NCBI GenBank assembly: GCA_002269645.1
Contig: NIVC01000001.1
Location: 1,798,001 to 1,862,000, forward strand
DNA: 64,000 bases
Direction of reading: 5' to 3'
From: Macrostomum lignano
Taxonomy: Eukaryota
The translations under genes were made by a program, and so were the position numbers. The notes beneath the pieces are model-generated. The model was given only the letters and a program-made list of their open reading frames with translations. It ran no database searches and was not told the DNA's origin. Positions within the stretch are counted from its first letter, which is position 1. Each line of letters starts with the position of its first letter. Positions 17,873 to 30,480 of this stretch are shown here, in pieces.

Positions 17873-19528
17873 AAAAATTTTGTAATTTTGACTTTAAAAA
17901 ACTAGTAGACAGATATACAAATGGAATTCACGACCATCTATAACTTTAAAAATGTGAAAGAACTGCTTTTCAAGTTCTGAAACTGGGCATCACTCCATGG
18001 AACTAATCTATTTAAACCCAATATACATATGGATCATATAGATGCCACATTATTTTTATTTTAAACAAACTTGCTTTAGTTGGCTACTATAGTCAATAAT
18101 ATACTTGTAGTTATAAAAAATATTTGTGAATTTAAAGGATATAAAATAAACTGCTATGAACTATTAATACATTCATTTCAAGTAGAAATTTCTAGAAAGA
18201 AGTTGCATACCTAACTCTTTGTTATGTATGGGATTCCATCCAAAAAATATCAAATTTTCCTATCTATTCTGGAATCCCCCCATAATAAATGCTCAGAATG
18301 CTGTTAGACAGAATGGTTATAGCATAATATTAATAATAATGCATAATAATTGCAAAAGCTAACTGCCTAGACAACTATACTAGGCCCAGCAAATTATTTG
18401 AATTTGAAGCCTGTGTTTTAACTACAAATAAAAACTGTAATACTAAAGTCAAGAAAAATTAGTATGTAGTAATTTTTCTGGTACTGTATTTACTTTATAA
18501 CGTGAAATAGTTTCATGGCAGGCCCAACAAGCAAAAATGCTTGAACACCTTAGTAGTTGCACATGATGTAACAACACAATTACAAAAATAATATTAATAA
18601 GCCAAACCTGATTTAAACGAGAACTTCTCTTGACTTATAAAGTCAGAAGCTGTTTTATAGCCTAAGAAATCTAAGTAATTAGCAAAAATTAAGTTCTGTA
18701 ATTTTCGGGCTTTAACCACTAAAAGTTATAGTTTAACTGTTCGACTCTGGTCTAGACTCTAGTCCAGACTTTTAGTAAGTAGTAGTAAAGTTGGCTCAGG
18801 CTTAAGGAGCCTGTTTTGCCAGTATAATCCGATGTATTTAGTATTTGTTCAAAAGGTTAAATTTTTACACGAGTTACGAGTTTTATTTCTTGCAAAACTG
18901 AATTTTGAAATAAATCAAACGAAATTATAAATTATTGAAAGTATAAAAGCAAAACAAATATCATTAAATAATATTATTTCCTTTCAATGTTTTTATCTGC
19001 CTATTATTAGAAGTCAACAAACTTTGACGTTTATTAAAATAAAACTAACCATAAATAGTCCAGAACTTATCAAAATGTAACTTTGAAAATCCTTTTTACT
19101 TGTCTGTTAATTCTACATTTGTCCTTAACTTGTGTTAGGCTACTGCACATTTAACGCATGTCAGGTCTGCTTCTAATAGGTATAATAACAACTCTCACCG
19201 CATATCATATTATGCTTATTCCTTGATATCTTTTTCTTATTCTTGATAGTAGATGACAATTAGGCCTAATGTTGATATTTACAATAATATATCATCCAGT
19301 CTTTGTTTTGTCAGTTGACTGTCTTTCAATTGCCAAATTAGTGTTCCACATAATTAAATAGCTTTTGGAGTTAATGTGACATTTTCATCATATCAGGTGT
19401 ATAATCAAATGGGTTATAGGATCCTCCTAGGCCTAGTTAAATTCATATTGACTTTTTATCTAGATACTTTTTAATTTAATTTTTATCTAGTAGGGCCTAA
19501 TGTCAATTTGGCTAGGCCTAACTAAGAG

Positions 19529-20722
19529 GGTACCTGGACACTTCGTCATCTTACAACTTTGTCATCCAGATGACAATCTGTCTAATATCTCAGAGGGTAG
19601 ATCACGAAGTAACTTAGACTTATAGACACTTTGTCATCTATAAAACAAAAGTTTTCAAAGTTAGAACAAAACCATTCCTCCCCACCCACATCACCCCTAA
19701 TGTGCACATGATTTTGTTATTTTGAGACATCGTGTTGGCACTTATCTTTCAACTCTTATAATGAAATCAGTTTTAACACCTCTTTTTGACAATTTAGAGT
19801 ATGAAGCGTGTTCACACCTCTGCCCCACTACCCCACCCTCACTTATTCCAAACAAAGCAAGCACAAAAGCACCTCCATATCCAATGTGCACCCATGCAAT
19901 AGGCTCATGAGACCTCGTGTTGGCACCTGTTCCCTCAATCCATCTTAGCCACCCTTCAAGTTTTCACACCACCTCACCATCCCACCTCAACCATATACCA
20001 CCCCACCCTCACTTATCGTGTTGGCACCTGTTCCCTCAATCCATCTTGGCCACCATCATCCCACCTCAACCACCTCAAATATATACTCGTAAGACTAAGA
20101 GCAACACAAGACATGCGGAACAAATGTGTCCTTGGCAGAGTATCAACGGCTCATGCGCTTGGATGAATTCAACTGGCGTTGCAATGCTTGCCACAGAGGT
20201 GCCAAGCCTGCTGCAGCCCAGCCTGCCAAGCCTGCTGTAGCCCAGCCTGCCGAGCCTTGGTGTGCGAGCAAGCTGCTAACAAGCGCCATTAGAAAATGCG
20301 GTATCAGCAGCTTCAGGAGTTAGCAGAGCTTAACTGGGCAAAATATCGAGCCGGCAAGCTCTCTGTGTGCATCTTTTTGGTCAGGTGCAGTTGCCTAGGC
20401 CACATTCCCCATTTCAGTAGGCAAGCCGAATAAGCAGAATTAAATTTCATGTTAAAAGCAAAGTGACATTTTCTCACTCCCTCTCCCCTCTGCCTCCTTT
20501 TAGCGTCCAATTTCTTCTTTGACTTTGTGTCTTTGTGCCTTTGTGCTTGCAGAAGCATCTGTTAATTGAGTCTATAGACTACAATGCTTGTTATTAGTAG
20601 ATGACAAACTGACCAAACTTTAAAGCATGCCGATTGGCTGGATGACGAAGTGTCCTACCTTCAAAGTGGATGACAAAGTTGTAAAATGACAAAGTTGTAA
20701 GATGACAAAGTTTCTAGGATCC
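19529..20722. mobile_element. Non-autonomous DNA transposon (MULE- or hAT-like) carrying a PHD-finger remnant
   Basis: 37-bp TIRs match 32/37 (GGTACCTGGACACTTCGTCATCTTACAACTTTGTCAT vs reverse complement of the right end GGATCCTAGAAACTTTGTCATCTTACAACTTTGTCAT). TSD actaagag (19521-19528) / actaaaag (20723-20730). Subterminal gatgacaaagt repeats. Internal + frame QHKTCGTNVSLAEYQRLMRLDEFNWRCNAC at ~20102-20192 with a stop just upstream. Confidence 0.8.
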
Positions 20723-23700
20723 ACTAAAAGTAGGCTAATTAAAATCTTTTTTGACATTTTACTATGCCTTTTTTTAGAAAGTCAAATGGCAATGCTATTT
20801 ATATCTAGTGTCTAACAGTCAGCTTAATTTAAGCTTAGAGTCTGCTCTGCTTAATAGGCCCTATACCTGCCTTGGTCTTGTTTCTATTTTGTTAGGCCTT
20901 AATCAAGAAATTTTAATCTACTAGCTATTATTAGTTTATAATGTTACTGCAATGTGTTAGTAGGCCTAGTTTGGGACCAAATTTTTGAAAAGTTATTTTA
21001 GGTCTTACTTAACTAAATCTTAATATCACTTGACTGACGAGTAGCAATACTATAATATCTTATATTATTATTTTTTAATAATTTTAAAATAGTATAATTT
21101 TTATATCAATTTTAGAATACTATCAAGAGTATAATGTGTATAAAGCTTAGAGAATTTGTCATATTATTTCAAAAACCTTTTCCTAGTTTTGATATAGTTT
21201 TTTAAATTAATAATATCCAACAATTCAAGTAGCAATAAAAGTGAGCAATAAATGCAAAATAGCTATCTAAGTCTTTGTTGCTATGTTGCTAGCTCATTAA
21301 GCATTGTAATAAATATATTTATTCATATAGGCCTATATTGATAGAAAAATATAAAGTATAGAGCCTAGGCCTATTCATAAGTATAATAGATATACTAGTA
21401 ATAGGCCTATATTAGATTGTTGAAAATGTTCTTGCAGTTTCCAGAGCCTTCCAAACTAAGTTTTTTTTCAATATAGAAAGACTTACGAGAAATATAGAGG
21501 GCTTCCTAGTTTTTAGCCAAGGTTCTTTTTGCAAGTCACCTTGGCAATATAGAAATAGGCATTGTGTAAGAATCAAATTAGGCCATGATTTGGTTGCTTT
21601 TGTGCAATAGTGGCAGCTAATCTAGTTATTAGCAATATAAGTTGGCTATAATTGATACATTAGGTGGCAATAGCCTGGGTTTTTTTGTCAGAGACAAAGT
21701 GCAAAATTGTCTCAGAGTGCAATTTCTCTTGAGTCTTGTTTCAGACAGCTAGGAATATATAGACATGTCTTATGTCTATATATCTTTGTACAAAGAATGC
21801 CTTGACCTCTTGTCTATTGTCTCATCTTTAGATTGCTGCTTTAATAAATAGTAACATGATGAAAAATACTATAACAATACTACGAGTATGGGCAAGAGCA
21901 GCAGATGCAGACGCATGCATGCAGTGGCCTGGGCAAGAGCAGCAGCAGCCTAGGGCCCCTGGGCTAGTGCTGGTAATAGCCATGTTGTTATATAGCTATT
22001 ATGAGGCTGCTTTGGCTTTGGTGGATTCATTTGATTTGAATAAGATATTAATAAAATAAATTTGAGACTGCAACTGGTCATTGAAATGTTACAGTATAGT
22101 ACAATTTAATGATTTATAGTTATAAATTTATTGAATTAATGATTGCTTATGCTTAATACTAATTTAGCTTTTGTATTATTGTTTTTGTTTGCATTTAAAT
22201 AAACATCTATACTATATATTATGTGAATTATTGATTATATATTAAATATCACTCAAAAAGCAATTTAAAACTTAAAAAAAAAGCATTAGACTAAACTAGG
22301 CTCTATCTATATCAAATCTTGCATTAAAACAATTAAAGACATATTCTACATATTTAGTTTAATAAAAGGTTATTAAGATAGGTTATAACAATATAAGATA
22401 GATTAGTTTGTGGTTGATTTGTTTTATTATTATATTATAAAAATTATAATATTTAAAAAAAATTATTGCATTAGATCGTTTATGCATTTTTATTATGCAT
22501 AAAAATTATTATAAAAATTATAATATACTAATACTACTAGTCTCAGTCTACATAATTTACTATAAGCCATAACTATATACTCAAAGTATATAATGTATAA
22601 TAATAGTATAAATATAGTAAGTATTATAGGCTAGCATAGGCATAGTATAAATAGTAATTTAAATATAGTTTTAATTTTTACAATTATTTTACAATGAAAA
22701 ATTGTAAATAATTTAAAATTTACTAAATTACATAATAAGCCTTATACTAAAAATTAAAAAAATTAAGTAAAATTAAATAAATTTGGCTAAATGATACATG
22801 AATGAGTATATCAACTTATCAAATAATTTGCCATTATATAAATGCAAATATAAGAAACTAAAGAAGGTCTATCAAAGCATAAGCTCTAAAGTAAAGTATT
22901 AAATTCAAGTTCATAAATTTATCATATTCATAACCTAATAGCAATAGCCTAAGGCTGATATCTACAATTAAATCATGGATAATCAATAGATAGAATCAAT
23001 AGATAGACAATAAGACTAATGCCAATTTCTAAATTCTATTGTTTGTGCAGTAGGTAGTTATAGGTTATCAATCATAAATTATATTATAATATAATATATT
23101 ATAAGTCAAAGACTGCTAGCAGCACTAGGCATAGCATAATCAGTGAGCTTCTATTGCAAAAATGTTTGAGTAGGCCCTAAATCTATATATACAACTAAAT
23201 AAACATAAGGCTATCACTTAACTCACATTTGACATTCTAAGAAAGAGCAAAGAGTCAAGAATGAGGATGTCAAAATAAAAAAGTTGAAGTTAATACTAGA
23301 TAAATTATCATCATTGAATAAAAAGGCCAAATTTAATGGGATCATATGATTTTTATATGATTTTTCATATATTCTAATAATAATAATAATAATTGATAAT
23401 TGATTGAGCAGGTGTAAGATTCTAATAGCCTTATGTAATTCTAATAGCTAATTCTAATAGCCTTATGTAATATGTAAGATTCTAATAGATTCTATAGCCT
23501 TATATAAGATTCTAATATCTTACATAAGGCTATAGCCATAAGCTATATGACTTAATATGAGTTAAGGAGTTATTAACTTATTTCATTTCATATTTTAAGG
23601 CAGTGCATGAAAATTAGCTTAAGCATGGTTAAGCCTTTAAATAAAAAATGGTTATAAAACCACACCTAAATTGTACCTTTTAATTTTTTTAATTTCAGGG

Positions 23701-23759
23701 TGCAATTTTAAATTTAAGGGTGCATACGCACACTCTGCACACAAAAACCTAGCCAATAG

Positions 23760-25140
23760 CTTATAGAGCAAAACATGCTCTAGTTGCCATTTCAATCTAA
23801 TAGCTTCCTTGGTTGTGTATAACATAGCCTATAGCATGCTATTCAATTATCAAGCACTCTGATGCAAAATGTGTTAGTTGCATAGCAATCTCCTAATCTT
23901 TCCTTTGCACTTTGTGTAATCTCTTAAATGCTATTTAAATTTTTCTTATAGCCTCAAGGCACTCTGCAGATTTTATTGGCATTACATTCCATTCTTGGCT
24001 TCTTATTGTGTTTTCTCCTGTTCTGCCTTGGCTGATTTTCAAATAGCTACTAGCTTATTTGCTTTCTTTTTGATAGCCATATCCTCCTTGTATTGTGAAA
24101 TTGCCTTCAAAGTGGCCTAGATGAACTTCTTAGAAATTGGCAACTTTTTTGCTTTCAAACTCTGAGTGCACAGACAGCTGCATGCCAAGAGTGAATTGCA
24201 AAATCTTTTGTCTAAAAGCTGATTTTGCTTTCAATTAGTGCTAGCATCATGCAATTCTCCAATGAATTGCTTGGCATTTGTGTTCTCATGAAATAGAGTA
24301 TAGCATGGAGATGCAAAACAAGATACATGTTGGTACTTTTTAGTCTTTGCAGCCTTCCTCCAACTACAGGCAATGTCACAATTGTTAGGCAAAAGGAGTG
24401 TTCACAACTTTTAGTTCACAGATCTCACTTTGCAGGCTACTAAATTTGCTAGTAAGAACAGTTTAGGGAAGCTTCTTAGCAACAAAAATTATAGATTGTT
24501 TATCAATTTCCCTTGAGAAATCAAGGAACTTTATGCTTTGCAGAATTTTCTTTTTGAGTAGCAGCTTCTCTTGTAAGTAGTTTATCACAACAAGGTAAAA
24601 TTGCTTTAAGTGATAAATGAGTGGCTGGTCTTTTTGACTTTCTTGCTACCTAATGGCAGTACTTAGGCTTTGGTTTTTAAAGCCAACAGAGACAACAAAT
24701 TTTCTCTAAAAGGCAAATGGCTACATAAAATAAATAGTTATCAACTCTAGAAAGGCAAATTAGCTTAGTATGCAATCAATAAATAAGGACTGTGCTGCTT
24801 TCTTGAAATGAGCTCTCAAAGTGGCTAGCATTATAGCAAGCTTTAGTGTGTGGATTGCAAAGCATTGACATACACAAAATATTGTGTCTAAGTCTTGAAA
24901 GGCAGCTTAGAGTCATTGTATATGCTTCAAATCATCTGCAGACTGCAAAAGAAAAGCTGTCAAAAGAGCCAACAATTTGAGTATTCACTCTAAATGGGGC
25001 AGTAGAATGAGTCATCTTAACTCAACATTCCACTTGAAAGCAAGCTGTGCAATGCCAATTTCTTCTTGGAGAGCCTTAAACTACTTGTATTTTCTGCAAG
25101 TGAGGCTTTTGTTCAAATGAGCAAAAATGTTGTTGGCAAG
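23760..25140 (-). pseudogene. Probable decayed hAT-type transposase
   Basis: Stop-riddled minus frames give FYLVVINYLQEKLLLKKKILQSIKFLDF and IVTLPVVGGRLQRLKST...VLHLH. These resemble hAT C-terminal/dimerisation segments. Similarity is by eye only and the boundaries are approximate. Confidence 0.4.
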
Positions 25141-26419
25141 ATTAGAAAATTTTGAAACATTTAAAAGGTTTATAATTTTTTATAGTAAATTTCTTTCCTT
25201 GTCTAATTTTAGAGTTTGGTGTCATTATCAAACATCAAGCTTATTTGTTATTTTGCTTGAATTGTTCTTGCCATTTTGTTCATTTTTTTACTTTTACTTA
25301 AATTTGTTTTTTATTTATATAAATTTTGGGTTATATTATAGGCTATATTATATGCTATATATTGCTCTGCTAAAATACTGTTAATTAATATAATATTCTT
25401 AGGCCTATGTTGTCCTAAATTAGTGTCATACTTTTGCTAAACCATATAACTCCCATTACCATGAGGGGAAAGAGCAAAAAGTCTAGACACTATCCTTGGG
25501 CATAGAGTTTGAAAGCCCTTAAAATGGGTTATAAGCATTTTGTTCTATAATATTATAGTCTTACAAAATCAAATATATATCGTTATATAATTTGTTTATC
25601 TCTTTCTAGTATTTGAGGCATGTATAAAATGTATTTATATTAACTAAAAGTTAGATTTTTCTATTTTGGTACTACAGATGTTAATAGGAAGAAAGAATAA
25701 AAGAATATACTTGAATAAACAAAAAAATAAAAGAGAAGAAAGTTATAACTGCAGCATTTTTGGTAGGAACTATGGTTTTTAAGGCTATCACCACCAAATA
25801 TCAAAAATATTTATTTCTACTATCAAATCCTCCTCTGGTGTTAAAGGTTTAATTTTACACTGTTTCAATTTTACACCTATTTCATTGGCTTTTATTGAGG
25901 CCCTAGAAGTGCACTAACAAACAAATTGTATTAACACACAATAGGCATTATTAAGGTTCATATCAGTCAGCTTTGCATATTTTTTCATTCTAAAAGACTG
26001 TTGCCATAATACAAATATTTCCATAGTTTATAATAGTCTTTTCGTCCAACTGTTGCACTTTAGCCTAATCTCCTTGACATGTCTTGCTACATGTTCTTAA
26101 CATATTTAATCTAAAATTTAAAGACATTATTTCTGCAGGCTAAAAATTCTACTGTATATATTCGCATGCATTTGTTAATTAGTAAAATTTATTATTAAAT
26201 TCCTTTGTGCACTCTTTTGCAGCGATTTGCTTCTTAAGAATGTAGCTTAAGTCAGAAGTTGGCGTCCTGATGATAGATGTAAGTGCAAGCGATTCAATTT
26301 ATTGCTCTTTTACTCCAGCTCAAACATTTTCAGTATTTAAACAATAAATAACAATAGTGTTTGCTCTTAGATTAAATACTGTTACTGGACTACCGCCAAA
26401 CCTCCGACATCCCCAGTTT

Positions 26420-27015
26420 CTGGACCAGCCTCCCAAATGCTCAGTTGCTGGGCCAGCCTCCCAGATCCTCAGTTGCTGGGCCAGCCTCCCAGATCCTCAG
26501 TTACTGGGCCAGCCTCCCCGATGCTCAGTTGCTGGGCCAGCCTCCCAGATCCTCAGTTACTGGGTCAGCCTCCCGGATCCTCAGTTGCTGGGCCAGCCTT
26601 CCATATCCTCCGTTACTGAGTCAGCCTCCCGGATCCTCAGTTGCTGGGCCAGCCTCCCAGATCCTCAGTTGCTGGGCCAGCCTCCCGGATCCTCAGTTAC
26701 TGGGTCAGCCTCCCGGATCCTCAGTTGCTGGGCCAGCCTTCCATATCCTCCGTTACTGGGTCAGCCTCCCGGATCCTCAGTTGCTGGGCCAGCCTCCCAG
26801 ATCCTCAGTTGCTGGGCCAGCCTCCCGGATCCTCAGTTGCTGGACCAGCCTCCCAGATCCTCAGTTGCTGGGCCAGCCTCCCAGATCCTCAGTTGCTGGG
26901 CCAGCCTCCCAGAGTGTCAGTTGCTGGGCCAGCCTCCCAGATCCTCAGTTGCTGGGCCAGCCTCCCAGATCCTCAGTTGCTGGGCCAGCCTCCCAGATCC
27001 TCAGTTGCTGGGCCA
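26420..27015 (+). repeat. 28-bp dispersed minisatellite family (gggccagcctcccagatcctcagttgct), copy 1
   Basis: Visible units, same consensus as the arrays at 52.7, 60.8 and 63.3 kb. Confidence 0.97.
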
Positions 27016-28009
27016 CTGCTAATCCCTCAGTCTCAAATCCTCAATTAGAAGTAACACTAGCATTTAACACTTAGGGAGAAAATCAGATTTTTAGAGCCAT
27101 ATCCTCAGTAAACTACTAACAATAAGGATCGTTAAGTATCAGTGAGAGGTTTTTTCCCATATTGTAAACCTGAACTGTTAGCAACATGCGGGCACGCCGA
27201 TCTGTCCAACCTGGCCAGCTGGTTGAAGGGGACCAAAAGAATCCCTTTTTTAGGCCAAGGACGGCATTTTTGGACCGGCCCTTGAACCAGCTTAACAGAT
27301 TGGGCGAGTGGGAAATTTAATTACAGGTGTTTTTAAGCGCAAACTTACCTTTCGATGATGTTTAATGTAGTAGGCTTGCCTGGATTGCTTCAAGCGTTTC
27401 CTTATTGTCACCTCTATCTGGCGCGACTGCCTCTATATTTATAGTAGTATTCGAAGGCTGCTGTCGGTACCGGATGTTAATAATTGAAGAAAGCGGCAAA
27501 TTTATGAATAGCTACAAATTCTAATCTTACTCGTCATCTTCGACTGCCGGATTTCATCCGTGCAGCCAGGAACAGCGCATCCTATTCAGAATAGATATGT
27601 ATATGTATATATAAACAGTGCTTCATAATGCAGCCCCAAGGTGCATCGAGTGAAGCTAATCTCAGCGGTCTGTTTGCCAGTTGCTATGCCAAACAGGTCT
27701 TTTTTTAAAATTGCATTCAATTCAAGTCGAATCGGTGCCTCGTGCTGCTAAATTTAATTTCTGCTTTCCTGTTTACGCTGAGGTGAAGGCTTTGCTTTGG
27801 TTTGTATGAGACTCTTGTCTTGAGTTTATAAGATTTAGTTGGCTGTGGCTATTTAGCGGATGGATTGCTTGCTATGATAATAATTATATTTTGCAGCCTA
27901 TTTCCGCTTAGATTTTATCTATAAATATTCTATATCTGCCCAAGTATTATAGACTGATAATTAGCTGTGGATTTCTTGGATTGTTTATGACTGTTATTGG
28001 TTGTGAAGA

Positions 28010-28790
28010 TTAGGGTTTGTGAAGATGTGTAATTTGTGAAGTTTAGGGATTTTGAAGCTTGGGGATTGTGAATATTGTGAACTGTGAAGATTGGGGATTG
28101 TGAAGATTGGGGATTGTAAGTATTAGAGATTGTGAAGATTGAGGATTGTGAATATTGGGAACTGAGAAGTTTTGGGATTTTGAAGCTTGGGGATTGTGAA
28201 GATTGAGGAATGTAAAGATTAAGATTGTGAAGCTTGGGGATTGTGAATATTGTGAACTGTGAAGATTGGGGATTGTAAGTATTAGAGATTGTGAAGATTG
28301 AGGATTGTGAATATTGGGAACTGTGAAGTTTTGGGATTTTGAAGCTTGGGGATTGTGAAGATTGGGGAATGTGAAGTTCGGGATTGTGAATATTGGGGAT
28401 TGTGAATATTGGGAACTGTGAAGTTTAGGGATTGTGAAGATTGGGGAATGTGAAGATCGGGATTGTGAATATTGGGGATTGTGAAGATTAGGATCTGTGA
28501 AGATTGGGGAATGTGAAGATCGGGATTGTGAAGATTGGGGATTGTGAAGATTGGGGATTGTGAATATTGGGAACTGTGAAGATTGGGGAATGTGAAGATT
28601 GGGGATTGTGAAGATTTGGAACTGTGAAGATTGGGGAATGTGAAGATCGGGATTGTGAAGATTGGGGTTTGTGAAGATTGGGGATTGTGAATATTGGGAA
28701 CTGTGAAGATTGGGGAATGTGAAGATCGGGATTGTGAATATTGGGAATTGTGAAGCTTGGGATCGTGAAGTTTAATGATCGAGAAATTTG
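28010..28790. repeat. 16-bp degenerate minisatellite (gattgtgaagattggg)
   Basis: Visible units. Confidence 0.92.
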
Positions 28791-29649
28791 GAAATTATGA
28801 ATCCAGATGACTTATGGAATGTAAAATTTAGGAAAGTTTGTGAAAGCACCGCACCTATCTTAAAATTTTCCTACTTTGATCTAATTCGTTCAGGTCGTAT
28901 CAAGGGTCCACGGTTTTCCCCGAAATACTTGCGGTCATAGCCAGCAGCTGTTTCGAAGTTATCAAACTCTGGGAATAAAGCGATAGAGTTAAGAGTTAAG
29001 ACCAAATCCATAGTATTAGGCCAAAGGTCACAGTTGGACAGTTGACATTGAAATGTTCGATGCGGTTCAAGCTTAGAAACCCGGCGGCATATGCTAGAAG
29101 CATTCTATTAAACAAAGTGAAAATTCTCAGCAGAAAGATGATGGACGAGCAACTGGTTGCTTTTTGTTTAAAGCTACGGTTGGGTTATTATCCAGGGGTT
29201 TTGAGGGCTTTCTTGGTTAACCTTTGACAATCGTCCGCGCCGCGCTTATGCTTTTTGTCAGCTGTTATCTATATAGAAGGATTGTATACAGCAGCAGTGC
29301 ATATCTATTTCGGCAGATCCTATTTCACACACATTTCTCCATTCCCATAGCGGGATGGGCGACAAGATTTGCTGTTGTGCAAGAGGTTTCTGCTTTCAAT
29401 CATTATTCAGCATGGCTGGCTCTTATCAAACTGAGGCTGGAAGTCTGGATTCGCTATCTCGAAGGTGGCTTTCTTGCTTGGAATTGTTTATAATGAAACG
29501 ATTACGCAATAGACTAAAAGCGGGCCCCAGTGTCCCGTTACTTGCTTGCGATGAGGAATGATCTCTTTGTTCTCGGACCCGAAATATCATAGCATTCATT
29601 CTATCCAGCGATGGCTCCACACTTCCTAGTTGGTTATAGAATTCCGGAT

Positions 29650-30480
29650 GGACACTATAGACGCATGCAGTGCAGACCAACAGACACTATAGACACATGC
29701 AGTGCAGACCAACAGACACTATAGACACAGTGCAGACCAACAGACACTATAGACACAGTGCAGACCAACAGACACTATAGACACAGTGCAGACCAACAGA
29801 CACTATAGACACAGTGCAGACCAACAGACACATGCAGTGCAGACCAACAGACACTATAGACACATGCAGTGCAGACCAACAGACACTATAGACACATGCA
29901 GTGCAGACCAACAGACACTATAGACACATGCAGTGCAGACCAACAGACACTATAGACACATGCAGTGCAGACCAACAGACACTATAGACACATGCATTGC
30001 AGACCAGCAGACACTATAGACACATGCAGTGCAGACCAACAGACACTATAGACACATGCAGTGCAGACCAGCAGACACTATAGACACATGCAGTGCAGAC
30101 CAACAGACACTATAGACACATGCAGTGCAGACCAACAGACACTATAGACACATGCAGTGCAGACCAACAGACACTATAGACACATGCAGTGCAGACCAAC
30201 AGACACTATAGTCAGACACACAAAGTGCAGACCAACAGACACTATAGTTATACAAGTGCATACTACGGACACAAGACACTGACACTGAACAGACCAACAG
30301 ACACTAGACATATACAGTGAAGACCAACAGACACTATAGACACATACAGTGCAAACCAAAAGACACTATAGACACATACAGTGCAGACCAACAGACACTA
30401 TAGACACACAAAGTGCAGACCAACAGACACTAAAGACACATACAGTGCAGACCAACAGACAGACAATATAGACACATGCA
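29650..30480. repeat. 28/32-bp minisatellite (gtgcagaccaacagacactatagacac[atgc]a)
   Basis: Visible units. Confidence 0.95.
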
